Assembly: GCA_965249485.1 (NCBI GenBank)
Contig: OZ252239.1
Location: 1,280,001 to 1,344,000 of the forward strand
Length of the DNA stretch: 64,000 nt
Direction of reading: 5' to 3'
Origin: a bacterium
Lineage (GTDB): Bacteria; SM23-31
Within the stretch, counting starts at the first letter, position 1. Each line of letters starts with the position of its first letter. A program made the translations under genes and the position numbers. This document shows, in pieces, positions 1 through 10,300 of this stretch. The notes under the pieces were generated by a model that saw nothing but the letters and a program-made list of their open reading frames with translations, ran no database searches and was not told where the DNA came from.

Positions 1-527
1 GGCAGGCGAACTTTACGCCGGGAGAATCGTATACACTTTTTGAGGTTGTCCCGGGCTACACTAAGGATGAACCGAATACAAAAGAATATGCAAACAACAG
101 TAATAATCCAATCCTCTATTCAGTTGCAATCTGCTATGAGTCCATTTTTTCCGAGTTTATTCAGAAGTTTTCATCAACAGGAGCGCAATTTCTTGTAGTT
201 ATAACAAACAATAACTGGTTTGGTAAAACATCGTCGCTTTACCAGCATGCACAGATCTCAGTGTTTCGAGCTATAGAAAACAGAATGGGCGTTGCTCATT
301 GTTCCAATTCGGGAATATCGATTTTCGTTGATCCTTACGGAAAGATTACTGATTCAAGCAGTGTGTATGTGAAAGACACATTAACATCCGAAGTATACTA
401 TCGGGATGCCGATACAATACCTCCACTCTATGTTCGATATGGCGAGTGGTTTTCCAATAGTTTTTTAATTGTGTCCGGGATTGTTATCGTCGGAGGGTTG
501 TTTAAAAAAACCCGTGACTTTAAGTAG
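1..527 (+). CDS. lnt: Apolipoprotein N-acyltransferase, C-terminal part (5' end lies outside the window)
   Basis: Frame is open from base 3 and reads ANFTPG...VAICYES (catalytic Cys motif)...VITNNNWFG...QHAQISVFRAIENR...NSGIS.FVDPYG...YVRYGEWF, then a C-terminal TM helix. The ORF track reports only 261..527. Confidence 0.93.
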   Translation, partial: QANFTPGESYTLFEVVPGYTKDEPNTKEYANNSNNPILYSVAICYESIFSEFIQKFSSTGAQFLVVITNNNWFGKTSSLYQHAQISVFRAIENRMGVAHCSNSGISIFVDPYGKITDSSSVYVKDTLTSEVYYRDADTIPPLYVRYGEWFSNSFLIVSGIVIVGGLFKKTRDFK

Positions 528-566
528 AATTGCATAGATTCGAAAATTAAGGACAGTATAATCGTA

Positions 567-1610
567 ATGAATCGAACAGTATTGCAATTTTGTTTCATTT
601 TCCTTATCAGTCTAACAGGGTTATCATCAGACGTATGGGCACAGGACGATTTTTATGCAAGCATCGGTAACAGCAGAAGTAAAGCAATTGCAATGGGCGG
701 AGCGTTTACAGCAATCGAAGACGACATTGCTGCAATGTCATTTAACCCTGCAGCATTCAAAGTTCGCCGCGACCGTCTCGGAACAATATTTTCAATTCAT
801 TTTAATCCGATACTCCCATTGGCCAGTTATGATCAATTTGAAAACTTCACGCTGTTGGGAGATGGGGGAGCAAAACGGGCCTTCGGCAGTCTGCTCTATC
901 TTATAAAATCCGTTTCAATGAGCACCGGTTTCTTTAATATTGGTTTGCTTTTTAATGAGGAGCAATTTATAAGAAGACAAAGGGATATTTTTTTTGATAC
1001 TGACCAATTTGAGAACAGTGTATATCATAGTGCTGTTTTTAATGTCAACCCTTCAAGTAGAGCATCGCTTGGAATATCTGGTAGTTTAGTACAATCAACA
1101 CAAAACGGTGAAGAGATCAATGGAGAAAGTGTCAGCTACGGTGTACTGATTAAACCAAACAAATGGTATCAGGTTGGTGTAATGTATTACCTTATAGCCA
1201 ATGATGTTGAAACCTTCCGCAAGCAGTTTGACAGATTGGAAGATGAATCGATAAATGTCGGCGTCGCATTTTTCCCTTGGTCAAATATGACGGTAACGAT
1301 CGATGGCCGCAATGTTACGGAAAATAACAAAGCAAACCGGTTTGCTTCTCAGGAATTTCATTTCGGCTTTGAAAATAACCAGATACCGCATGTGTCAATG
1401 TGGGGAGGCTATTACAGAGAAAAAGACGAAACCGTTCAGGATTTCAATGTGTATTCAGCAGGTGTTGGGCTGCTTGATCTTAACCGGTTCAGAGTATCAA
1501 GAAATAAACTGAATAATGCAACACCCCTCTTGTCATACGCAATTGTCTTCGAAAATAGACCAGAAAAATATTATCGATGGCATTTGCTCACAGTAGGATT
1601 TAAATTTTAA
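567..1610 (+). CDS. Outer-membrane beta-barrel, PorV/FadL/UPF0164-like
   Basis: Signal peptide (VWA-Q); N-terminal motif KAIAMGGAFTAIEDDIAAMSFNPAA typical of FadL/PorV-like barrels; amphipathic strands; C-terminal beta-signal VGFKF. Confidence 0.72.
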   Translation: MNRTVLQFCFIFLISLTGLSSDVWAQDDFYASIGNSRSKAIAMGGAFTAIEDDIAAMSFNPAAFKVRRDRLGTIFSIHFNPILPLASYDQFENFTLLGDGGAKRAFGSLLYLIKSVSMSTGFFNIGLLFNEEQFIRRQRDIFFDTDQFENSVYHSAVFNVNPSSRASLGISGSLVQSTQNGEEINGESVSYGVLIKPNKWYQVGVMYYLIANDVETFRKQFDRLEDESINVGVAFFPWSNMTVTIDGRNVTENNKANRFASQEFHFGFENNQIPHVSMWGGYYREKDETVQDFNVYSAGVGLLDLNRFRVSRNKLNNATPLLSYAIVFENRPEKYYRWHLLTVGFKF

Positions 1611-1698
1611 AAGTAGTACATTGGGTTATTATTTGAATTTTTGAAATACCGTATTGCCTTTGAATACTATCGGCAGATAGTGCATTACAAATGAAGGA

Positions 1699-2376
1699 AT
1701 GGTTGTGCGTACACGTTATCTTGTGCTGATCTTTGTTGCATTGAGTGTCTTCATGACCGGTTGTTCTTTAAGTATGCCATGGATCCAACAGGAAAATGAG
1801 GATTACTTTGTTGAGCCCAACATTATCCTAATACAGTCGGCCCTCATTGAGGTATTTGACGAAATGGAGTCATATCTGACTGCTGATATTCCTGTATCGT
1901 TAGTGACCTCGGCTGATGTAACTCCGGAGCAGCGTTATCTCGAGCAACGTTATCAGGAATACAGTAAAACCGGATTACGGCAGCTTTTTCTTCTGTCTGA
2001 TCAGAATAATGAAAATGACCTGAACTCTGTAAAACCTTCATATACAGTGGCACTCCAGGCCCGGAAATTAACTGTGACGTATAAAAAAAATGGAGAAGAT
2101 CAACCCGATAAGAAACTTTCAAGAATTATTGAAGTACAAATATTTTGCAATGTTGTTGAAAGAATGACCGGAGAGGTATTGCTCGCACAGACAATCTCTA
2201 AAACTATGACTGATATTGTCGCAAAAAACGATATCATTACTATTCAAGACTCAGCATTACCGTTTACCATAGGGCTTTCTCCAAAATCGGGACGAATGCA
2301 GGAATTTTTAGAAATTGGATCTGTAGTGTCGACCGCGGGATTGATTTTATTCTTGCTGTTTTCAACACGCAGTTAA
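1699..2376 (+). CDS. Putative lipoprotein of unknown function with a C-terminal hydrophobic helix
   Basis: Lipobox-like FMTGC after a hydrophobic N-terminus; SD-like AAGGA upstream; hydrophobic C-terminal tail. Confidence 0.65.
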   Translation: MVVRTRYLVLIFVALSVFMTGCSLSMPWIQQENEDYFVEPNIILIQSALIEVFDEMESYLTADIPVSLVTSADVTPEQRYLEQRYQEYSKTGLRQLFLLSDQNNENDLNSVKPSYTVALQARKLTVTYKKNGEDQPDKKLSRIIEVQIFCNVVERMTGEVLLAQTISKTMTDIVAKNDIITIQDSALPFTIGLSPKSGRMQEFLEIGSVVSTAGLILFLLFSTRS

Positions 2377-2410
2377 CTATTAGGTGTATTAATTGTATAA
2401 AAAAGCTTGA

Positions 2411-3232
2411 TTGAACATGATGATGAGAATGAGAACGATTACACTGTTATTATTGCCGGTATCGATGGTCTTATTTTGGGTATGTGCTGAGAATCTTTTT
2501 AATTTGAGTCAATCGAACACACCCCGTGAAATCTTTGAAATTGGAAAACGCTATTTTTATCAGGAAGAATACGGTTCTTCTCAGATTGTCTTTGAACAAT
2601 TAACACGTCTCAGTGTTGTAGCAGAGTATTCCGACAGTGCTCACTATTTGCTTGGAGAAGCCCACTTTTTCCAGAAACACTATCTTCTTGCCCAAAGTGA
2701 ATATGACCGTATGATTTCAAATTTTCCAAGGAGTGATCTGATTGCCGATGCAAAATACAAGAGCGCCCTCTGTTTTTATGAAGTCTCTCCCAATCGGAAA
2801 TATGATCAGGATTATACGCTCAAGGCAATTGCTGCTTTTGAAGCTTTTCTTGCTGACCCGAGATCGCAGATTGATGAAGAAATATTAATTCAGACGAAAG
2901 AACGGCTCTTCGAACTTCATGAAAAACTTGCAGAAAAAGATTTAAATTCGGCACAGCTCTATAGAAGAATGCGTGAATACAATTCTGCAATTTATTATCT
3001 TGATGACGCCATGACCGATTACAACACATATGGTCATGTCTCAATCATACCGGACGCCCTTTTTGAAAAAGCCGAATGTTATATTGGTTTAAAGGAGTTC
3101 AGCGATGCAAAAGAGGCTTTGCAAGCACTTGTCGACAATTTTGCCGATCACTCCCTTATTGCAAAAGCACGGGAACGGTTAACACTGATCGAATCTGAAT
3201 CCGCTGAAGCAGATACGACCATGTTCAATTAA
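2411..3232 (+). CDS. bamD: Outer membrane protein assembly factor BamD (TPR lipoprotein); real start probably one of the ATGs at about 2417-2429
   Basis: TPR helices with BamD-like motifs YSDSAHYLLGEAHF, NFPRSDLI.DA.Y, SPNRKYDQDYT.KAI..F and LAEKDL.SA.LY.R. Confidence 0.85.
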   Translation: MNMMMRMRTITLLLLPVSMVLFWVCAENLFNLSQSNTPREIFEIGKRYFYQEEYGSSQIVFEQLTRLSVVAEYSDSAHYLLGEAHFFQKHYLLAQSEYDRMISNFPRSDLIADAKYKSALCFYEVSPNRKYDQDYTLKAIAAFEAFLADPRSQIDEEILIQTKERLFELHEKLAEKDLNSAQLYRRMREYNSAIYYLDDAMTDYNTYGHVSIIPDALFEKAECYIGLKEFSDAKEALQALVDNFADHSLIAKARERLTLIESESAEADTTMFN

Positions 3233-3329
3233 TTTGGAATAGAATAGTAATAGTGCAGAATATACAGGGTCTTTATTCGACACCTATGTTACTTCAGTGG
3301 GTAAAGTATGAAAGAGCGAGGATAATAGA

Positions 3330-3926
3330 GTGAAAATTGGACTGTTCGGAGGAACTTTCAATCCTGTTCATTCCGGACATGTGCTCATTGCAGAATGGAT
3401 CCGGTGTGAACTCTTTCTTGACACAATTTATTTTATTCCGACGGCTGTTCCGCCTCACAGATCCGACGATTCATCCATTATTGCGATTGCACACCGGTTG
3501 GAAATGGTACGGCTCGCAATACACAATAATCCGTCATTCGAAGTTTCTGAAATCGAATCAAATCCTGACACTATGTCATATACGGCAGATACCGTTCAAG
3601 CGTTTCATGAAAAGTTCTCGCTTTCAAGAGAAAACATATTCTATATAATCGGCGGTGACAACTGTGACCAGGTTGCAACATGGAGAAATCCGGAAAAACT
3701 CGCGTCGTTATGCCGAATTGCTATTGCCCGGCGGCCTTCATTTCACGTTGAATCAATTCCTGAAAATCTGAACAATCCTGTTGTCGTTAATACACCGCTG
3801 ATCGAAATATCTGCAAGTGATATAAGACATAGGATCGCCAACAAAAAATCGGTGCGATATATGGTCCCGGCTGAAGTAGAAAAATATTTGCATACTCATA
3901 ATCTGTACAGGGAAGATAATGGCTGA
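3330..3926 (+). CDS. nadD: Nicotinate-nucleotide adenylyltransferase
   Basis: KIGLFGGTFNPVHSGH (HxGH), PPHR, SYT.DT, YIIGGD.....TW, ISASDIR and YMVP.EV.KY motifs. Confidence 0.96.
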   Translation: MKIGLFGGTFNPVHSGHVLIAEWIRCELFLDTIYFIPTAVPPHRSDDSSIIAIAHRLEMVRLAIHNNPSFEVSEIESNPDTMSYTADTVQAFHEKFSLSRENIFYIIGGDNCDQVATWRNPEKLASLCRIAIARRPSFHVESIPENLNNPVVVNTPLIEISASDIRHRIANKKSVRYMVPAEVEKYLHTHNLYREDNG

Positions 3927-4416
3927 AAAGCTGTCTCATATTGACTCCCGCGGTAATGCACACATGGTAGATGTTGGACAAAAACCGGTCACCACCCGGA
4001 TTGCAGCCGCCCGGAGCAGAGTGAAACTGGGTACAAAAGCATTCGAAACCGTAGTGAGCGGTTCATTGCCCAAAGGCGATGTGCTGTCTGCTGTACGGAT
4101 TGCCGGGATTCAAGCTGCAAAAAAAACATCGGACCTCATTCCGTTATGCCATCCGCTTCCCATAGAACAGATCGAAATAGAGATCGAACCCGATAAAAAT
4201 TCCACGTCATTTATTATCACCGCAACAGTACGTTGTTCCGGCAAAACAGGTGTCGAAATGGAAGCACTGACTGCTGTGTCAGTGGCTGCCCTGACAATGT
4301 ATGATATGTGCAAATCAATTGATAAATCAATTGAAATCACCGATATTTATCTTCTCAGTAAATCAGGTGGAAAGAGCGGAACCTATACACGGTCCGATAC
4401 GGAAATTTCCTCTTAA
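3919..4416 (+). CDS. moaC: Cyclic pyranopterin monophosphate synthase
   Basis: LSH.D..G.AHMVDV..K, KGDVL, AKKTSDLIPLCHP, TGVEMEALT, YDMCKS and KSGGKSG; 8-bp overlap with nadD. Confidence 0.97.
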   Translation: MAEKLSHIDSRGNAHMVDVGQKPVTTRIAAARSRVKLGTKAFETVVSGSLPKGDVLSAVRIAGIQAAKKTSDLIPLCHPLPIEQIEIEIEPDKNSTSFIITATVRCSGKTGVEMEALTAVSVAALTMYDMCKSIDKSIEITDIYLLSKSGGKSGTYTRSDTEISS

Positions 4417-4460
4417 TACTATTGCCGGATTAATTCACATCACACATACATGGAATATAC

Positions 4461-5675
4461 ATGATCTCAGTTAACGAAGCAGTCGTTCTTATCGACCAAC
4501 ACTGTTCAGTTTTATCCGCAACCGAAATGGATCTTGCGGATTCACTCGGTTATGTGCTGTCTGACGACATAGTTGCGCTCGACGACATTCCATCATTCGA
4601 CAATTCAGCCATGGACGGTTACGCGGTTCGGTCAGAAGACATTGCCGGAGCGGAGCAGAACAATCCCGTTCATCTCAAAGTAATGGGGGAAATTCCGGCG
4701 GGCAGGCCGTCAACAATTCAGCTTGAACATGGTACGACGTTTCGAATTATGACAGGGGGGCTCGTTCCGGAAGGAGCCGATGCGGTTGTCCGCATCGAAG
4801 ATACCGATCTTCCCGATGATAGTAGTGATTCCGTAAAGATACATGTATCTATCGCACCGGGTACCAATATCCGTCCTGCAGGTGAAGATATACGCCGGGG
4901 GGAAACAGTACTGCAACAGGGAAACCGGATCAATCCTGCCGGTATGGGAATTCTCGCCTCGCTGGGTGTTGTGAAGGTCCCGGTAATTCGAAAACCACGG
5001 GTTGCATTTCTCGTAACCGGAGATGAATTGATCGAGCCCGGTGAATCGTTAACTCCCGGAAAAATAAGAAACTCCAACACCTATTCTGTTAGCGGTCTTC
5101 TTGAACAGTATGGGGCAGACGTACACAATCTCGGGACCGGCGCCGATTCTCCTGAAGAATTGAGAGACGCGCTTCTCAAGGCGGATGATGCCGACATGCT
5201 CATCACTTGCGGAGCAGTATCGGTTGGAAAGTATGACTACCTGAAAGAGGTGTTGTCCGGTCTTGGTATGGAGCGCCATTTCTGGAGAGTTGCGCAAAAA
5301 CCGGGAAAACCTCTCCTCTTCGGCACACTGAACGGAATTCCGGTATTTGGTCTTCCGGGGAATCCCGCATCGGTAATGATATCATTTTATGTATATGTTG
5401 CACGTGCTCTCAAAAAAATGATGGGTTTCAGCTCGTTTGCACCAGAGACGGCAAAAGCAGTGCTCGATGCACCCTATGCCAAACGGGAAAGGCTGACCCA
5501 TTTTGTCAGAGGTTCCTGCACTATCAATAACGGTGCACTCCATGTCACACCACTCACCGGACAGGGATCGGGTATGCTCAAATCGATGAGCAACACAAAC
5601 TGCCTCATTATCCTTGATCAACAGACCACTTCTGTCGAAGCAGGAACAATCGTATCCATAATTATGTTGCAATAA
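4461..5675 (+). CDS. moeA: Molybdopterin molybdotransferase (gephyrin E domain)
   Basis: FDNSAMDGYAVR, IMTGG.VPEGADAVV, NIRPAGED, TGDEL, KPGKP, FGLPGNP and QGSG.L.SM motifs. Confidence 0.96.
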   Translation: MISVNEAVVLIDQHCSVLSATEMDLADSLGYVLSDDIVALDDIPSFDNSAMDGYAVRSEDIAGAEQNNPVHLKVMGEIPAGRPSTIQLEHGTTFRIMTGGLVPEGADAVVRIEDTDLPDDSSDSVKIHVSIAPGTNIRPAGEDIRRGETVLQQGNRINPAGMGILASLGVVKVPVIRKPRVAFLVTGDELIEPGESLTPGKIRNSNTYSVSGLLEQYGADVHNLGTGADSPEELRDALLKADDADMLITCGAVSVGKYDYLKEVLSGLGMERHFWRVAQKPGKPLLFGTLNGIPVFGLPGNPASVMISFYVYVARALKKMMGFSSFAPETAKAVLDAPYAKRERLTHFVRGSCTINNGALHVTPLTGQGSGMLKSMSNTNCLIILDQQTTSVEAGTIVSIIMLQ

Positions 5676-5773
5676 ATGCGAACATTTTATTACCTTGAGA
5701 CGTGTAACAGGTGCGTTCCTCTGCATAAGACTCCCTATCAATCTGGGTTTTTATTGGGAAATTTTTATAATTT

Positions 5774-5818
5774 GTCATTGCGAGGAGTCCCGAAGCTTCG
5801 AGGCGACGTGGCAATCTC
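5774..5818. repeat. REP-like palindromic repeat, copy 1
   Basis: GTCATTGCGAGGAGTCCCGAAGCTTCGAGGCGACGTGGCAATCTC, with terminal ATTGC/GCAAT arms; near-identical to 6621-6665. Confidence 0.8.
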
Positions 5819-5967
5819 AGATTTGTTAATTTAAAGATAGTTAATGTATTGTCCTGTCAATTCCAATATAATACAAAGTAATTGTGGGATAGTAGTTTTA
5901 TTGTCATCTCAAGCACTGTCGAGCAATCCCTGAGTGGCACGTTACATAAATATAGTATAAGACTATC

Positions 5968-6549
5968 ATGGTCGCAATAAGCTCTCTACAACAACCATCT
6001 TCGGCTCAGAACGTAACACAGTCGCGAAACAGCTTAGCGCAAAACGCCCTGAGCGGTACAGACAGGCTTCCCGGACAGCGGTTCGGCTCGGTTGATGAAG
6101 CCCGGCAGAATCTCCTCACTGACCGGTTGTCCCGGTCGCGGACACAGGAGTTCAGTCGCTCGCTCGTTCGGCAGCAATCGGATGCATCCAATACGCAAGC
6201 ACTTGTAGCTTCATCACCGTCAATCCGCAGGCCTTCTAATCAACTCAACACAAACCGGTTGTCATCGCGTAACACTCTGAACACACGTCAAACTGCGAAC
6301 CGGACACAGCCTCAGTTCCGGCCTCAACAGAACACCGGTGTCAGACGGATCGGGCAGCAATCAAATTCAGCCCGGACAAACAGGCTTGGGCAGTCCCGTG
6401 TCGGGCAGAACACACGGGTAGGCGGTGGACAGCAGATACAAAATAGAGCCGCAGCCCGCCCCACACAGCAGCAGGGACTTCTGAACCGGATCGAATCAGC
6501 CGCATCCCAACAGACATCCCCCGGCAGCCGGATAAATATTCTCGCATAA
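5968..6549 (+). CDS. Low-complexity R/Q/N/S-rich, probably disordered protein
   Basis: 193-aa ORF filling the intergenic gap; GC-richer than its flanks; no K, C, W, Y or H; ends PGSRINILA. Confidence 0.65.
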   Translation: MVAISSLQQPSSAQNVTQSRNSLAQNALSGTDRLPGQRFGSVDEARQNLLTDRLSRSRTQEFSRSLVRQQSDASNTQALVASSPSIRRPSNQLNTNRLSSRNTLNTRQTANRTQPQFRPQQNTGVRRIGQQSNSARTNRLGQSRVGQNTRVGGGQQIQNRAAARPTQQQGLLNRIESAASQQTSPGSRINILA

Positions 6550-6620
6550 TCAAATTAAATTAATCTAATAGTATATATAGGTAGTGCAGCTTTTATCATT
6601 TCAGAGTCATTGATTCTTTT

Positions 6621-6665
6621 GTCATTGTGAAGAGTCCCGAAGCCTCGGGACAACGTGGCAATCTC
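6621..6665. repeat. REP-like palindromic repeat, copy 2
   Basis: GTCATTGTGAAGAGTCCCGAAGCCTCGGGACAACGTGGCAATCTC, with inner hairpin TCCCGA/TCGGGA; same orientation as copy 1. Confidence 0.8.
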
Positions 6666-6761
6666 CGAATACCACAAACGAAACATTGAGACAATGATGC
6701 ACTGGCACACAGTAACGCGCACTCAAATTAATTATAATTATTACATGAATCAACCTCATTG

Positions 6762-6777
6762 TGTGACTCACGTCACA
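6762..6777. promoter_or_regulatory. CRP/FNR-family-type operator
   Basis: TGTGA-CTCACG-TCACA is an exact match to the TGTGA-N6-TCACA core and lies upstream of the giant gene promoters. Confidence 0.55.
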
Positions 6778-6834
6778 TTCAAGCCTGTTATGCGGGAAAA
6801 AACGACAAAATCACTTGAAAATAAAAAATATTGC

Positions 6835-6862
6835 TTGACATAAAATAAATTTGTTATAAATT
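6835..6862 (+). promoter_or_regulatory. Putative sigma70 promoter P1 of the giant surface protein gene
   Basis: TTGACA-N16-TAAATT with AT-rich upstream sequence. Confidence 0.45.
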
Positions 6863-6922
6863 AGCTCAAACCTGAACACAAAATTGTTACAATGTTCGGG
6901 GTAATTGTAAAGAAAAAAATAG

Positions 6923-6951
6923 TTGACAATGTATTTCAAAGTCACTATCTT
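6923..6951 (+). promoter_or_regulatory. Putative sigma70 promoter P2 of the giant surface protein gene
   Basis: TTGACA-N17-TATCTT preceded by an A-tract (UP-element-like). Confidence 0.6.
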
Positions 6952-7338
6952 AACAAAGATTTTAAATTTCGTCAATAGTCCACTTATATGTAATTCAACA
7001 AACCGGCCCTATATGTATACCACACGTACTGTTAATCCACGTTTAACATACAGAGGTAAAGACGGTTGGTAGTACACTCTCTTTTTGGCAGTATTGAAGC
7101 AACTCAAAAATCAGTAACTAAAGTCGCACTGGTTACTTATAAATATCGAACGAACTGATATAATACCGGATAGCATTCGTGAACATCAAAGCGGCTCAAT
7201 TTCCAGGATAATTAACATAAACTCTTGCTCGCGATCCCGTTAAGGGGAAAGGGTGTCGTAGCACGAGTGTATTGTATATAATAATGAAAATAAAGAATAA
7301 ACGTTTTTCACGTATCCTAATATATGGAGGAAGTAAAT

Positions 7339-10300
7339 ATGTATTCCACAGGTAAAGTTTTTCAAATATTCGCAATCGTATTGCTCGTTGCGACAATGGG
7401 ACTTTTCGGATTCACAACCGATGCGAATGCGCAAACAACGTTGACTGCTGGCGATGATGTTAGTTTAGCTTCATCGTTAAATTGGACTCCGGTACAGATT
7501 CCTGTAGCCGGCGATAGTCTTGTTTTGGGTGCTAATACACTTACTTATGATGCAGGTACTACCGTAGGTGCAATTTCTATGGCAGGTGGTACAATTAATA
7601 TTGCTAATGGAAACGCTACAATTACGCGGGGTATCACTGCAATAAGCGGCGTAAACACCATTAACAATGGGACGGCTGGAGGTAACACTACGACTTCAGA
7701 TATTAATGTATTAGCTGGTACTCTTGCCTTGACCCCATCCGTGGCGTCTTCCTGGACAGGTAATCTGACTTTAGCTGGAGGTACTGCATTAACAAATAAT
7801 TCTTTTGCCACTACGATTACTGGTAATGTCACTGTTGGCGGCGATGTTACTATTACTGATGGCGGGACTTCTACGATCAGTTGGACAGGCACATTTTCAA
7901 ATAGCGCAGCATCAACGGTTACGTTTGCTGCAGGTATTGCGAATGGCGTTCGATTTGGGTCCACAATTTCATTAGGCGCGGACTTAACTTTTGTTCAAAC
8001 AGTGGCGCCAAATTTTGCTTTTGTTATAACGATTAATACGACTGTAGGTGCATCAGGTGATGTTACACTGGTTAATGGTGCCGATATAGGAGGATCGCAT
8101 ACTAAATTGGATACATTGGGTGGTGGTGGCGGAACACTGGTGTTGGACGGTGACGGTGTAACAGGAACGTTGTATACCTTGCAGAATCACACGTCAATAG
8201 CTGGGAATGTCACTTTGGCGGATAATGATTATCTTGTCTCAGGTGTATATGAAATTACGATTAACGCAGGCGCAACGTTCGACCATAACACAACAGGTGC
8301 TACTAGTATCACAGATAAAGTTAATATAGCCGGGACACTGAAAGTTACACAAAACATCCAAGCGCTTAATGGAGTTGTGACAACTACAGGAGATGGTGCT
8401 GTGATCGATATAGATGTCAACCAGACATTCAATAGTGCTGGTAATGGTTTGGTCACAAACTCTAATACGACAATCAACATAGCACCAGGTATAACATTGA
8501 CAGTTTCAAATGGTGAAAATGTTGTAGCAACCGAAAAGACATTAATTATGAGCGGCGGGGGTACAATTGCTGGTGGTGGTGCAGCTCAAACACTGAACGC
8601 GGGCTCAGTATTGCGAGTAGGCGGAAGTTTAGGTGTTCAAGGAATTGGCGCTGTTATTTTGGGTGGCGGTGAAGTTGATATTGATACAACAACTTCATTT
8701 AGCGCAAGCATGGATGCCACTGCTGGTGGTATCATCGACATCGCTTCAGGATTTACCCTGGATCCGGGTGGAAACTTAGTAGTTAACGACGATAATACAT
8801 TGGAATTTCAGGGTGCCGGTGGTTTTCTTGCTGCCAGAAACGTTACTGTTGGAAGTGGTGGAGCTGCAACATTAACGTTGACTGGTGCAATGACTACGGC
8901 GACGTTTGATAGCGTCATTTCAAACACTGTAACAACGATTAATGTTAACGCAAGAAATACGTTTCAAACATTAACGGTGTCAGCAGGGGCTACCATAGAT
9001 TTTACCGGAGCGTCACTTACCCTGAATATAGTAGATCCGGTGACTGCTAATCGACCTGTAGCAATTACCGGTATAAGTACCGGTGTAATTAGCGGTGGCG
9101 ATTGGACTTTGACGAATTCCATTACTAATACAAATATTGCTTCGCCAAATATTTCTTCTAATCTCATAGGAATCAATGGAGGTTCTATCGTCGCTACAAA
9201 AGCATTGAATATTACCGGAAATATGGTAATGGGTGCTGGTGATCTTGCGATTACTGCGACTGAAAATGTAACGTATTCAGGTGATGCAATAGACATGGGA
9301 GACCAGAATCTTACGATCGATGGAACAAGAACTTTTGATAATTCGAATGATTTGCAGTTAAATGGATCGGGTGATCTGATATTTACCGGTGCTGCTACTG
9401 TCTCTAAAGTAGCAGTTACTGGTACTGCGGAAATTATTGCAAACATAGCCGGTGGTGGTACAGCGACTGTTACCACGTTGACACAGACTGGTGCTATTGT
9501 CACGTTGAAATATTCTGTAGCCTCTAATCAAATTGCTTTGGCAGGTGGGCTGACGGTACCTGCAGGCCAGTCGTTAGTTATTGCGAACGGTGCTGCAACT
9601 GAGACTTTGGTCCTTAGTGGTGGGACATTAGATTTTTCTGCTGCTGGAGCAAGGTTTGTTAATTTTGAACTTGGTGGAATGAGAATTGAAAATAATTTTA
9701 TGGTAGGAAATGGAGAAAATACGATTAATAGTCTCACTTTTGCTGCGCTTGATACGCTGGACGGTAATATTACTACGTCTATCACTGGTATTAAGGGCGG
9801 TTCAGTATTGAAATTTCCTGGAACCTCTCATATTAGAGGAAGTACGATTACGTTAAGGGGCGGGGCAGCATTAGAAATTTACGGTCCTGTAACAGCAGAT
9901 ACTTCATCTGCGATTGTGATAAACTCTGATTCGACAGTAATCTTAAGGGGACGCGATACATTTACGTACAATGGAGCACCCATTACTGTAGCGGCTGATT
10001 CGTTCAGGGTTCAAGAAACAGTTAATTTTAGCAATAATGCGTCTAATCCGATTTCCGTTAGCACAACGATTTTACAGTTTGAAGGCGCGGCTACTGTTTC
10101 CGATCTTGCACTGACTGACGCTGCCGCAAAAATTGTTGTTAATGGCGGTAATCCTACTATCGATACACTGACGACGACTTCCGCAGGACTAAATCTCGAA
10201 TTTGGTGCTGTAAATGCAATAACTGTCGGTTCTGATATTACGCTGGGTGATGGTGCGATTCTCAATATTCTTACGGGATCGGGCGGTACACTGACCGGTG

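Noticed and set aside
5774..6665. Repeat pair considered as a CRISPR array or IS ends
   Set aside because: Only two copies about 850 bp apart in direct orientation; no cas or transposase gene.
6655..6843. 62-aa ORF upstream of the giant gene
   Set aside because: Starts inside a REP-like repeat, overlaps the CRP-like box and promoter, and has no SD.
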